Shown: piece after piece, positions 42,850 to 53,546 of the stretch | How the letters are laid out: every line of letters starts with the position of its first letter | How positions within the stretch are numbered: the first letter of the stretch is position 1 | Virus record (IMG/VR): IMGVR_UViG_3300013121_000025 | Span: 64,001-128,000 of that record | DNA: 64,000 nucleotides | Direction: 5' to 3' (one strand) | DNA from: a virus | Taxonomy: Duplodnaviria > Caudoviricetes | Notes under the pieces: generated by a model | The model's input: the letters and a program-made list of their open reading frames with translations, nothing else | What the model was told of the DNA's origin: nothing | Database searches by the model: none | Translations under genes and position numbers: made by a program

Positions 42850-45800
42850 ATGTCTAATACTACAGATTACACTAAGAACAATATTAATTTGTTTGATATG
42901 CTCCCTTCGCGCCACAAAACAAACTTCAATAGAAGCTTGTTTAATAATACATTTAATCGTGCGCTTACAAAAACAGAATTAACATATGTGTCAGGTAACA
43001 TTGGCAACACAACTGTCAATCGACTTTCTGAAGACTCCCCACATAGACAAGCATTTCAATTACAGCCGTTAGTATCAGCTATTGTATCCACTGTAGACTA
43101 TACCTTGTCTTTCGAAAATTTACTTAATGAGTTATCAATGATTGGGGTTGATACTTCTGTATACAATCAGTGGGGTGATACAACAGTATTCAATTATGCA
43201 CCACCTATTGACACGGATAAATTAATTAATTACTTAGATTATTATTGGGTGGATTCAACTACCGCTAATCCAATTCCTCAATATATTACCATTAAAAATA
43301 TTGAGAACACAATTCAAGCATTAATTTATCAGAAAGAACGTGAACTCGAACAATTTAGTACACGTGCTATTGTTGAATTAGCATCTTCTCCATCAGCATT
43401 TGTGATTGAAGGAGACTTTACCTCAGTGTTTACCCCTTATTCTCCTTTTAGAATTACAGGATCTACATCTAATAATGGGTTATGGGCTGTTAGTGAGAGT
43501 TATTTACTTGATAATAAAACTTATATTGTTCCTACACAAAACATCTCGTTTGTTGGAACAAATTACGGAACTATAAACTTAAATGTTCAGAGAACTCTTT
43601 TAAGAAATTTGTTAACAATTTACGGATTCTCAACTCAAACATTAACTACATTTGCTAATACAAATGCTCTTAATGATATTATTACCTATAGAAAGCAACT
43701 TTTAACAGACAAAGGAATTTCGTCTGATACCCTCGCTTCACAAGATCCATTGTTGTTAAGTTTGATTATTTCAAACTCAGGTACATTGTCAACAGAAGAA
43801 CAAGCACATTTTGACACCTTTAGTAATTATTATTTAAACGATTGGTCTACAGACAATAAATGGAAACATAAACTTGATTTAACAGTAGCAGACGCCGCTG
43901 TAGGTATTCAAGCGGTTATGCCTATTATTGAATATTCACATACTCTTGAATTGAACGAGTGGTCTTTTACTGTTCATAAGTGGAAACATAGAGAAACAGT
44001 GAACGATCCATGGGTCGAAACAACTGTGCAACCAACTCTAACACAATTAAATAGTCCTTCATTTCAATCATTATGGTTATATGTCGGAATCGATGATGTG
44101 TATCCTGTATCACAACCTGAATTATTATCTTCACCAATAGAATTACACTCTATTAATACAGAATTAAACTTTACAGCACCTCCTGTAAATCAATTGTATT
44201 CGTTTGTAATCAATAATCTATCAGTATTATATGGTTTTAATGATGTTAGTGTGTATATTGATGGTGAACGTCAATATGGTAATTATGAAGAAGTATACGC
44301 TCCGACGTCTCCGAGATATGTAACAGGAATTTTATTTGATGATACTATTGAACCTCAATCTACTGCTGAAAGTGTAACTATAATTTTAGGCGCGCGTGCA
44401 CAGGCTGATCAAGGTAGAAATATTCGTGTTGTAAAAATGGAAGACGGTTCTACAAAACGTGTTAGCTTAGTGCAATATAGAAAAATTGAACAAGTAAAAC
44501 GTCCAGGTGAAATTAAATATCCACAATTTAATTTATACAATCCCGATGGAACCCACAGTAACAAAACCTCTTCTTTATTTGCATTTAAAGAAGATGCAAC
44601 TTATTCGTTAAACACAAATATTAACAAACGAATTGTTAATGTTGGTAATTTGTATTCATTTGTTCAATCAATGACTGATAGTAATACATTGCAATTATAT
44701 GCCTGCAAAGATTTAAATTCTGTGACAACTGATAATCCACAAGGATTTCAAACTATATGGAGAACAGGTGTAACACCAACTACATATACTCCTACAGTTG
44801 TTGATGAGAATAGAAATTCAGCAACCTTAGATAACGGTTTTTGGGAAATGCCATCGCAATGGACAAATAATATTGCGCATGAAAATCGTATTGATATAAC
44901 ATCTATTGAATTGTTGAATCATTTTAGTACAATGAATAAGCAACAAGTTATTCCACCTACTTTCTTTAGCAACAATCAAAACGCATGTCGTTTACAATTT
45001 AATATTGATTATAGTGTTGGTGGAACGATTAAAGAACATAATTTAAGTTACGATCGTTTAATCTCGTCAATTTTTACAACAGCTAACACTCCTGTAAGTG
45101 TTATTCGTTTTGGTCAGCTACAATATGAAGGATTGTTATCATTAATTAGAAATAGTTATGAAGATACAATTAATAGTTTGTTGTTAGAAACTTCAGAATC
45201 GTATATTACTGATCTTTCAACTTCAGTTGTCGATTATCTTATTAATGCGTTTGAGACAAATTCATTCTATTCTCAAATCTTTGGCGACACAACGATGTAT
45301 AATGATGGTGTCGGAATTAAAAACTGGGTACAAACCTTGCCTGGTGCAAGATTGAAGAATGCTGTACATCCTGTTATTTTACATGATGAGACGCGTGGTG
45401 TTTATAAATTACGTCATCACGATGATCATCTTTCAGATATCCATATCGATCAAGCAACATTGAATGATATTAAGCGCAGTTTAATTAATACTAGAATAGA
45501 TGTTAGTCCGACACGTAAACGTGGATGGACTCCTTCAACTGCTGCCGATTATGGTACTCCAGAAAGCACGTTCGGAGCAATTTCGTATACACGTTTATTG
45601 CAGAACGATTATTGGTTAGAGAATAATGGTGATTTATATCGTTTCGAAGTTGTTGCGATTCAAACAACACCTCCAAACCCTGCACTATACGAAAACAAAT
45701 ATTATCTTGATAGTAGTACTGGCGATGTTTACGTAAGTGATGGTACATCATGGATTCTCGATAGTATCGAGAATGCTTGGACATTAATTGATCTTGTTGA

Positions 45801-48800
45801 TATGTATGCTTCTTTGTTATTAGAAGTTGAAACACGTTTATATGAAGCATCAAAGGATGAAGAAGTTGTTTGGGATAATGATGAGTATAATATCGAAAAC
45901 GTTGAACGAGACTTTTTAACATATATGAAGAGTAGAGGAATTTCTTCACCATATGTAACTGATTTTAGTGCAAGTGATCCATTCACATGGAACTATACAG
46001 GAGCAATTCCACAAAATTTACCTTATACAGAAGCAGCATCTTTATGGGCAGCTAGATGGCATACCATATATCAGAATATTTTTAATACTCCATACCCACA
46101 TTTAGAGCCATGGAGATTACAAGGTTATACTGACAAACCAATATGGTGGGACGACGAATACGCAGATCAAACAAACACTCGTCGTTGGTCTACTACAATG
46201 TGGAATAGAATCAAACAGAGAAAGATTCCTGTTGGGAAAGAATTGCCTAACGGAACGATTTCCACAAACACTAATTTTCAACAGCCGTCATTACAAGCGT
46301 ATAGTTTTGTTTGTGTTAATATTTCAGGAACAACTTATAGCGGATATGCACCTGATGATTTGCTTCCGCCATTTGTATCAGACGTTAACTTAGCTTCTTA
46401 CACATTCATTAACGATCAAACAGTGATGGATGGTGTTGATATTGATGCTGGATATTCATTTGGGGAAGAAGGACCATATGAATGGGATTGGAAAAATTCT
46501 GCTGCATATTATTACACTCAGATTATCAATGGATTTATTAATCAACCAGTACGTTTTATGCATAAGACCTGGGGATATGATTATATTGATGTTGGTTATT
46601 TAAATATCGAAACAACTTTGAATAAAGTAGTATCACATACGGATGATGTATTTCATGGGGATGTTGTTAACAATGAAGTAAAGAAGTTCAAAGGATTAAA
46701 TCAATGGTATGTTAACCAGAGTCGTTACCAAAATAATGATTTAAAGACATCGGACTTTTTACATTTATGGAAAAATTGGGAACCTAAGTATGGTTACCAA
46801 ACTAATTCATTCGTTGATACAAATTCTATTGTTGCAAAAACAAAGAATTTTGAAATCGATTCACACAATAAATATGTTGTGATTAAAAGAAACCAAGCAG
46901 CAAAAACACATTGGTTAGATTCTCTTAAAATAACTGTGAGTGAATATGGTTCACTAAGAAACAATAGTGATATTAAAACTCCTAAGGGCGATGGTCACGA
47001 CTGGACGTTTACAATTGATAACTTTATTAATGAATCACGTGAAATAAGTTATTATGGGGTCAAGGATTTTGATTTCGTTGTATCTGATTTGGAAGAAAGT
47101 TTATTAGAAACAGAAGGAAACCATACTTTCGAAACTGGTGATGTTGTTACTTTCTACACAACACGTAAACTTCCTTCACCTTTACAGTATTATCAAGAAT
47201 ATTTCATTATCAAAATTTCTGATAATGAATTTAAAGTTGCTGATACTTATGAAGATGCGTTAATTGGTACATATATTGTTTTGAATAACATAGAGACTTC
47301 TGGTATTCATAGAGTACATTCATATACTCAGCAATTCTATGCATATGGTGGAGAACAAACATCAGAAGTTTGGTTTCACAATGAAATCGACAAAACAGTG
47401 ATAAACACTGTTTCGTTTCCTTTCACTATAACAGGTATTCAGAACGTAATTGATTTTATAGATGGTTATTCATCATATATGACTGATGATGGTTTTGTGT
47501 TCAATCACACTGATGTATTAGAAGAAGATTTTAATACAGGAACCACTATATCTTGGCAAACAGAACAAGAACGTTTTATTAACAATGTGTATAAAGGCAT
47601 TGGGGTTAATAATACTCCAAAAACGAAAACTATTAAGGCACACGAATATACTGTAGATTTACAGTTAAATCAGATTGTATTGAATAATCCTAACATTAGT
47701 TTCGAGGATGGGGACGAAGTTTACATAATTTCGGGACAAGTACCTCCGCAAGGACTTGTCATGAATCATCCATATTACCTTATTACGATTGAACCATCAT
47801 TGGGACGTTATAAATTAGCAACAACATATAGTAATGCTATTAATAATATTGCAACATTGATCTCATCTATTGGAGCTGGTAAACACTATATTTCAACACG
47901 CGTTGGTACAACAGTTGAAAGTTTTGATTATTGTGAAGTTAATCCTTTTAAGAATAATATTTGGATTAATACTCCGACTGGTATCGTTTCTGATGTCTTA
48001 CAAGGACCATATGAAGAAATCAAAATGGATTATACCTTGTATGATCAACACGGGAAGGTATTCACACAAGATGACATTCAAGTTTATCGTGAAGATACCA
48101 TCACACGAGTACATGTGTTTCCAAATCTAATCAATCCTGACTTACAAGTTGTTGATGAAACAAATTACAACAATCTTCATATTAGTGGTTGGAAAGTTTA
48201 TATTGATGAATATGAACATGTTATTTTGTTTGATGATTATATGGATGATGGTACATTAATTCATGATTCATATCTTGGTTTATACGTCCCATACGTTTCA
48301 ATCGAAATGGATAAGCAAACACAACTTGTAAAACGTCCGTCTGTTGGAGGATTCATTTTACACGATGGTGAATTAATAAGAAACTTGGAAGGTTCTGTAG
48401 AAGACCATGCTAATATGTTTAGTGTATACGATGCACGCGAAACGAACGAATTAACTCGTCGTGCACGTGAGTCAATTGGATTTAGTAAAAATACCAATTT
48501 ATCACTTGTCGGTTCTAACAAGAAGTCCAACTTCGTATTTTGGAGAGGAGCAATTCAGCAGAAAGGTTCTGTTGCGTCAATCGAAGCATTTAACAATTCT
48601 TCTAACTATGTTAATACTTTTGTTGATGAAGTTTGGGCATACAAGCAAGCAACTTTTGGAAACATTACTGAAGAACAATATCCAAGAATCAAAATGCGTG
48701 TAACTGATGAATTCAGACATGATTTGCGTTATGAATTAAATTACGATGCAGATGGAAATTATCAATCACATTTTAATCCTATTCATTTTAATGATCGTTC

Positions 48801-51684
48801 ACGTTGGATGAACTTACCTGATATAACTCCAGGATTGCCACTAACGAACACAATTCGTCTCGAGGCTGATGTTCATAGTATTCAAACGTTTGATACAGTA
48901 AGTGCTGATGATTATGTAGTATTAAATGCATTCTGTGATAATGTAAAAGTATATGGTAACAATGTATTATTAGTTGAAGGAATTAACTATCGTGTAGTAA
49001 CTAATAGATTATTACAATTTATCACAAGTCACACAAACGTAACTTTATATAACATAGTTCCATCTAGAACTAAACATTCGCCAATGTATATCGAAGATAC
49101 GGTTGCGAATACAGTTTCTGAGCGTCCGTTCTTATGGGATCCTGCACGTGGATATCATAATCATAAAGCGTTAGCATATATTGATTTGATTTCAGATGCT
49201 AATCCAACAAAACAAATTATTGAATCTAAAATTAGTGCAAGTAAAGATATGTTGTTTGATTATGCAACATTTACTGCTGCTGATATTCATGTTAATACTT
49301 TAACAGTAGGACAACGTTTAAAAGAAACAAGTTTAGTTGTTGTCAACGGTGTAGTAATGCGTATGGGAGCTGACTACGATTATACAATTTCTGATTATGA
49401 TATTGTATGGAGTGATGATGTAATAGAGCAAATTAACTCTACAGATCAAATTACTGTTATTAATGTATTAGGAAATGGAACAATATTAATTGATTTACAA
49501 ACAGGAGCAGATGTTAATAATGGCATTGTTACATTACCACAATCTATGGTATATGTACCATTTACTAATAGTATTTTTGTAATGGTCAATGGTAGTACTT
49601 TAGAGTCGGGTGTTGATTTTGATGAACAAGATCAACTTACTTTCAAGTTAAATGTTGAACTTGAACAAGACGATGAAGTATTAATTATGGTTGTTAATAC
49701 CATAATCGACAAGTATGAATATGATGTTTCCTCTATTGTCGACAATACGATCGAATTTGAGTTCTATCATGATGTATATTCATACTTGGTATTAATAAAC
49801 GGTAAGATTTTAACACCTGGTATTGATTACGAAGAAACAGCAAAGTTGACAGGAATTGTTATAAATTCTGATATTGTTTTAAATGATATTACAGATAAGA
49901 TAACAGTATTTGCGAACAGAATCATCGATACTACTGAGGTATATGATCAAGCATGGACAAATAAACGTGTAGGAACAGTATGGTGGAATACCAATTCTCT
50001 TAACTATAAATTATATCATGATCCAAAGTTCTTTACAAGTACTGAAGAGCAATTAATCAATTGGGGTGCCTTAGGTCTCGATTCGACTGTTGAATTATTA
50101 GAATGGACAAAATCTTCTGTTCCGCCTGAAGAGTATGATGCTCTTGCGTTAAAACAAGAAGGTGATATTACTATTCCTGCGAACGATCGTGCTACAGGAA
50201 CAGCACGTAAGTTTGCAACATATAACGGTGAGTTCTTCGATGAGCGCAAATTTAAAATTGAGTTTTATCGTGCGACAGTGAATAATTTTGATGATGATAT
50301 TATATACAATTTAAGTGGTATACAGAAACAATTATTTGTTCCTGATGCCAATGTAATTGTATACGTTAACAATCAGACCAGATCATGGATGAAATTACGC
50401 AATTTTGATATCAATGATTATTTGCCATATGATTTGGTAAGAATTGAATTAAACATTCGTAAAATTACATTCCCAAGAATTGTTGTGGATGTTAATAGCG
50501 ATAAAACTCTTGAATCAGATACCGGGTTGCTTCCGAACACTGTATACTCATTCCAAGTATTATACAACAAGACCATTTACACATTTACATTTAAGTGGAC
50601 AGTAGAAGAAACTATCACATATCAGATGTTAACTGATTATTTAAATGGGTTTATGCCTTCGTTCTTAGAAGTTGAAATGACTGATGATGGTAATATTAGT
50701 ATTAAAGGAATTAAATCGTCTCCTGAGACCACGATGTCTATTGTTAATGATTTATTGTTTAAGAAATTAACAGACTATGTTACCATAAATGATATGGAAG
50801 CATTTGCTTTATCTAATGAATATCTCGACAACTTTGATGAGCAATATGATTATGTTGAAGTAACACGTTCGAACAATGGAGTTCCTCAAACAGAATATTA
50901 TTTCTGGGTATCGAATAAGAAAATTGCACAACATAAGAGAAAAATATCATTAACAGAAATGGCAAGTATTTTAACTTATCCAACAACCTCTTATTTTGTG
51001 CTCAAAGATTTTGTTAAGACTGTAAGTGATAATGAGTTATTAAATGATAGATATACCAGCTTAATTGTTAGAAATCTTCAGAATCAACTTGTTGTGGATA
51101 ATCGTAATGTGTTAATTGTAACACAAAATAAGACATTGCGTGACATGGGATCATTTAGAATTGATACTACTCGTAAGAATCAACACGAGCAATGGGGATT
51201 ATTTAGACAACATTCTACAGCACGTATTACTGAAACGTTGTGGAATAAGTTAAAAGATACTATTGTCGGATTTAAGGTAACTGATAGTAATATTGCAGAC
51301 ACAAATACTCCTGTTCCATCTTATGACAGAGTATTGTTTGATCAAACAAATAATACTGCGACTCGTTATGGAATTCGTGAAGGACAAGCGTTCGGTGATA
51401 AAGAACAATTATTAAATACTATTAAACAATTTATCATGAAACACGATGTTGATACATATCCTGTTGATAAGTTTACATTAATAACAACAACAGACTTTGA
51501 AGATAATGATAGTTTAATAGAGTTTATGGACACCATTTATAATGATTTTCCAATAAAGACTGTTAATGCTTTGTTCTTTGAATGTTTAATGGATGCGGTA
51601 TCTGTTCAGCCTCATTTAACAGATCTAATGAAAACATCGTTTATATCAATACATACAGTTAATACTCTTTTGGATGGTGAATAA
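42850..51684 (+). CDS. Giant baseplate wedge/structural protein (gp7-like), 2944 aa
   Basis: Follows gp6; NLFDMLP start, YAPPIDTDKLINYLDYYW, PFTWNY, PHLEPW; repeated VxVNG..L..GxDY and H.F..GD.V...P..L...YY modules. Confidence 0.65.
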   Translation: MSNTTDYTKNNINLFDMLPSRHKTNFNRSLFNNTFNRALTKTELTYVSGNIGNTTVNRLSEDSPHRQAFQLQPLVSAIVSTVDYTLSFENLLNELSMIGVDTSVYNQWGDTTVFNYAPPIDTDKLINYLDYYWVDSTTANPIPQYITIKNIENTIQALIYQKERELEQFSTRAIVELASSPSAFVIEGDFTSVFTPYSPFRITGSTSNNGLWAVSESYLLDNKTYIVPTQNISFVGTNYGTINLNVQRTLLRNLLTIYGFSTQTLTTFANTNALNDIITYRKQLLTDKGISSDTLASQDPLLLSLIISNSGTLSTEEQAHFDTFSNYYLNDWSTDNKWKHKLDLTVADAAVGIQAVMPIIEYSHTLELNEWSFTVHKWKHRETVNDPWVETTVQPTLTQLNSPSFQSLWLYVGIDDVYPVSQPELLSSPIELHSINTELNFTAPPVNQLYSFVINNLSVLYGFNDVSVYIDGERQYGNYEEVYAPTSPRYVTGILFDDTIEPQSTAESVTIILGARAQADQGRNIRVVKMEDGSTKRVSLVQYRKIEQVKRPGEIKYPQFNLYNPDGTHSNKTSSLFAFKEDATYSLNTNINKRIVNVGNLYSFVQSMTDSNTLQLYACKDLNSVTTDNPQGFQTIWRTGVTPTTYTPTVVDENRNSATLDNGFWEMPSQWTNNIAHENRIDITSIELLNHFSTMNKQQVIPPTFFSNNQNACRLQFNIDYSVGGTIKEHNLSYDRLISSIFTTANTPVSVIRFGQLQYEGLLSLIRNSYEDTINSLLLETSESYITDLSTSVVDYLINAFETNSFYSQIFGDTTMYNDGVGIKNWVQTLPGARLKNAVHPVILHDETRGVYKLRHHDDHLSDIHIDQATLNDIKRSLINTRIDVSPTRKRGWTPSTAADYGTPESTFGAISYTRLLQNDYWLENNGDLYRFEVVAIQTTPPNPALYENKYYLDSSTGDVYVSDGTSWILDSIENAWTLIDLVDMYASLLLEVETRLYEASKDEEVVWDNDEYNIENVERDFLTYMKSRGISSPYVTDFSASDPFTWNYTGAIPQNLPYTEAASLWAARWHTIYQNIFNTPYPHLEPWRLQGYTDKPIWWDDEYADQTNTRRWSTTMWNRIKQRKIPVGKELPNGTISTNTNFQQPSLQAYSFVCVNISGTTYSGYAPDDLLPPFVSDVNLASYTFINDQTVMDGVDIDAGYSFGEEGPYEWDWKNSAAYYYTQIINGFINQPVRFMHKTWGYDYIDVGYLNIETTLNKVVSHTDDVFHGDVVNNEVKKFKGLNQWYVNQSRYQNNDLKTSDFLHLWKNWEPKYGYQTNSFVDTNSIVAKTKNFEIDSHNKYVVIKRNQAAKTHWLDSLKITVSEYGSLRNNSDIKTPKGDGHDWTFTIDNFINESREISYYGVKDFDFVVSDLEESLLETEGNHTFETGDVVTFYTTRKLPSPLQYYQEYFIIKISDNEFKVADTYEDALIGTYIVLNNIETSGIHRVHSYTQQFYAYGGEQTSEVWFHNEIDKTVINTVSFPFTITGIQNVIDFIDGYSSYMTDDGFVFNHTDVLEEDFNTGTTISWQTEQERFINNVYKGIGVNNTPKTKTIKAHEYTVDLQLNQIVLNNPNISFEDGDEVYIISGQVPPQGLVMNHPYYLITIEPSLGRYKLATTYSNAINNIATLISSIGAGKHYISTRVGTTVESFDYCEVNPFKNNIWINTPTGIVSDVLQGPYEEIKMDYTLYDQHGKVFTQDDIQVYREDTITRVHVFPNLINPDLQVVDETNYNNLHISGWKVYIDEYEHVILFDDYMDDGTLIHDSYLGLYVPYVSIEMDKQTQLVKRPSVGGFILHDGELIRNLEGSVEDHANMFSVYDARETNELTRRARESIGFSKNTNLSLVGSNKKSNFVFWRGAIQQKGSVASIEAFNNSSNYVNTFVDEVWAYKQATFGNITEEQYPRIKMRVTDEFRHDLRYELNYDADGNYQSHFNPIHFNDRSRWMNLPDITPGLPLTNTIRLEADVHSIQTFDTVSADDYVVLNAFCDNVKVYGNNVLLVEGINYRVVTNRLLQFITSHTNVTLYNIVPSRTKHSPMYIEDTVANTVSERPFLWDPARGYHNHKALAYIDLISDANPTKQIIESKISASKDMLFDYATFTAADIHVNTLTVGQRLKETSLVVVNGVVMRMGADYDYTISDYDIVWSDDVIEQINSTDQITVINVLGNGTILIDLQTGADVNNGIVTLPQSMVYVPFTNSIFVMVNGSTLESGVDFDEQDQLTFKLNVELEQDDEVLIMVVNTIIDKYEYDVSSIVDNTIEFEFYHDVYSYLVLINGKILTPGIDYEETAKLTGIVINSDIVLNDITDKITVFANRIIDTTEVYDQAWTNKRVGTVWWNTNSLNYKLYHDPKFFTSTEEQLINWGALGLDSTVELLEWTKSSVPPEEYDALALKQEGDITIPANDRATGTARKFATYNGEFFDERKFKIEFYRATVNNFDDDIIYNLSGIQKQLFVPDANVIVYVNNQTRSWMKLRNFDINDYLPYDLVRIELNIRKITFPRIVVDVNSDKTLESDTGLLPNTVYSFQVLYNKTIYTFTFKWTVEETITYQMLTDYLNGFMPSFLEVEMTDDGNISIKGIKSSPETTMSIVNDLLFKKLTDYVTINDMEAFALSNEYLDNFDEQYDYVEVTRSNNGVPQTEYYFWVSNKKIAQHKRKISLTEMASILTYPTTSYFVLKDFVKTVSDNELLNDRYTSLIVRNLQNQLVVDNRNVLIVTQNKTLRDMGSFRIDTTRKNQHEQWGLFRQHSTARITETLWNKLKDTIVGFKVTDSNIADTNTPVPSYDRVLFDQTNNTATRYGIREGQAFGDKEQLLNTIKQFIMKHDVDTYPVDKFTLITTTDFEDNDSLIEFMDTIYNDFPIKTVNALFFECLMDAVSVQPHLTDLMKTSFISIHTVNTLLDGE

Positions 51685-53510
51685 TGTCAAAGACAGATAA
51701 AACTAATGATTTATTAACATATGTAAATGATGTTAAACCATATAGTTCAAAAGTATTAGATGTTACAGAAGAATATATTCATTCTGAAACAGCGACTTCA
51801 ACTGTTTCAGATCAATATACTATTGCAGTAGCTCGTGATTGTAATTATAATATTGACTTCTTTAAACCATATGACGTGGTCGAAGCATTCACATATACCG
51901 ATAATGATGGTACTGTCACTCAAGATTTGCTTCCTAAAGTGACACAAGATTATGTTGTAGCAAAAGTTAACTTATGTGTGGACGCTGTAGAAGGATGTTC
52001 AACTTATTACAGCCCTGGAATTAGTCCTACAGAAAATGTATATTATATTGATTTTTACTTGCATGATGTTAACGTATTGCCGGGAGAGTTAGCAGTAGGT
52101 ATTATCGAATACACTGATGAATTATTAGATTTACCATGGACAATGCCTTCAAATAATAACCAATTAATTGGTTATTATCCGACAGATTATGGATATAAGT
52201 CTGACGGTAACGGATTTAATAATAACGTTGATACATTATTTGCTGAAACATACACAAGTTGGGATGTAATTCGTGTCGAAATTGATTTTGATACAGCAAG
52301 AGTTAATTTCTATAAATTTAATGATCCATCATATGATTTGATGGGTTATTATACAATCGATCCAGATTTAAAATATTGTTTTGCTGTAAGTATGAAAAAT
52401 GAAAACGGCGAGAGTCCCTTCGGAGGAACAACGATTAGTCTTATTGCTCCTCCTGCACCACCGCCTGTTCCGTATGCAAATGCTTATTCAACACAATTAC
52501 AAAATCAAGTTATTATTTGTACTAATATTGTAACACTAACAGGATACGTTGAAGTTGGTAATGGGGCACCTGCACCAACTTCTTCAGACGTTTTGTGGGA
52601 ATTATTAGTAGGAAGTGGTATTACGTTTATCGAAGCCACTGACCCTGTATTAGCAACAGATATTGATCCTAATACAACAACAATATATAAGACTACTTAT
52701 CGATATAGTTCTAATAACACAGATCCAAAAACGTTTAAAGTAACGTTCTTCGATAATACTTCATTAGAAACATTTGCGATTTATACAGTAAACCATACAC
52801 CATCAGACACGATGGAGATGAATGCTAGATTATCCTCTGACACTAATCCTGTAGATAATATCGACACCATAGGGTTTGCTACTGTAACTAGTATAGATTG
52901 GTTAGATTATAACTATGATCCATTATTATACCAAGGTGAAGTACCGGAGCCGGTGGGCGGGTTTAAGTCATCAATTCAAGCATTGTATAATTTATCGACA
53001 TTTCCATATGTTAGACCAGATAAAGCAATGTATATTGCTGAGTCAAAATTATACGAAATTGCCACATATGATTGGGAAAAAGTATATCAATCCTTTTCTG
53101 CAACAGACGATCCTGTGTTCACGGATTTAGGAGAAGGAACGTTTAGAGTTGATACTCTTTATAAAACCTTAGATGATATAGAATCTATTGAGGTAGTTAG
53201 TAGTGTAACCTTTACAAATACCAATCCCGACAAAATCACTAATATAGTAGAAGAGATTGAGTTGGGTGCAGCATATTCTATCTCTCTTTCTACCTCCAAT
53301 TCTTTGGGATGGTTTGTATATGATGATAACGCTGAATATGAATATATGACATCAATGCCTCAACTTAGTGATGGAGACGTGGTTTCCAATTTATCACAAT
53401 CGAGAGGGTATGCTGTGACTGGTGCTGAGGAATTAATAATTAATATACCGAAAGTTGCAACAAGGCAAGTGTTTGTAGTTGTTCATAACGAACAAATTTT
53501 TATCGGATAA
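51684..53510 (+). CDS. Structural protein with SPRY/B30.2-like and PKD-like domains
   Basis: YVNDVKPYSSKV N-terminus; YYIDF..LAVGI..IGY...YGY.SDG..DVIRVEIDFDTARVNFYK..YCFAVS (SPRY-like); VTLTG..VLWELLVG (PKD-like). Confidence 0.55.
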   Translation: MSKTDKTNDLLTYVNDVKPYSSKVLDVTEEYIHSETATSTVSDQYTIAVARDCNYNIDFFKPYDVVEAFTYTDNDGTVTQDLLPKVTQDYVVAKVNLCVDAVEGCSTYYSPGISPTENVYYIDFYLHDVNVLPGELAVGIIEYTDELLDLPWTMPSNNNQLIGYYPTDYGYKSDGNGFNNNVDTLFAETYTSWDVIRVEIDFDTARVNFYKFNDPSYDLMGYYTIDPDLKYCFAVSMKNENGESPFGGTTISLIAPPAPPPVPYANAYSTQLQNQVIICTNIVTLTGYVEVGNGAPAPTSSDVLWELLVGSGITFIEATDPVLATDIDPNTTTIYKTTYRYSSNNTDPKTFKVTFFDNTSLETFAIYTVNHTPSDTMEMNARLSSDTNPVDNIDTIGFATVTSIDWLDYNYDPLLYQGEVPEPVGGFKSSIQALYNLSTFPYVRPDKAMYIAESKLYEIATYDWEKVYQSFSATDDPVFTDLGEGTFRVDTLYKTLDDIESIEVVSSVTFTNTNPDKITNIVEEIELGAAYSISLSTSNSLGWFVYDDNAEYEYMTSMPQLSDGDVVSNLSQSRGYAVTGAEELIINIPKVATRQVFVVVHNEQIFIG

Positions 53511-53546
53511 CTTTAACATAAATATGAATATCGTCGGAGAAAGAAC

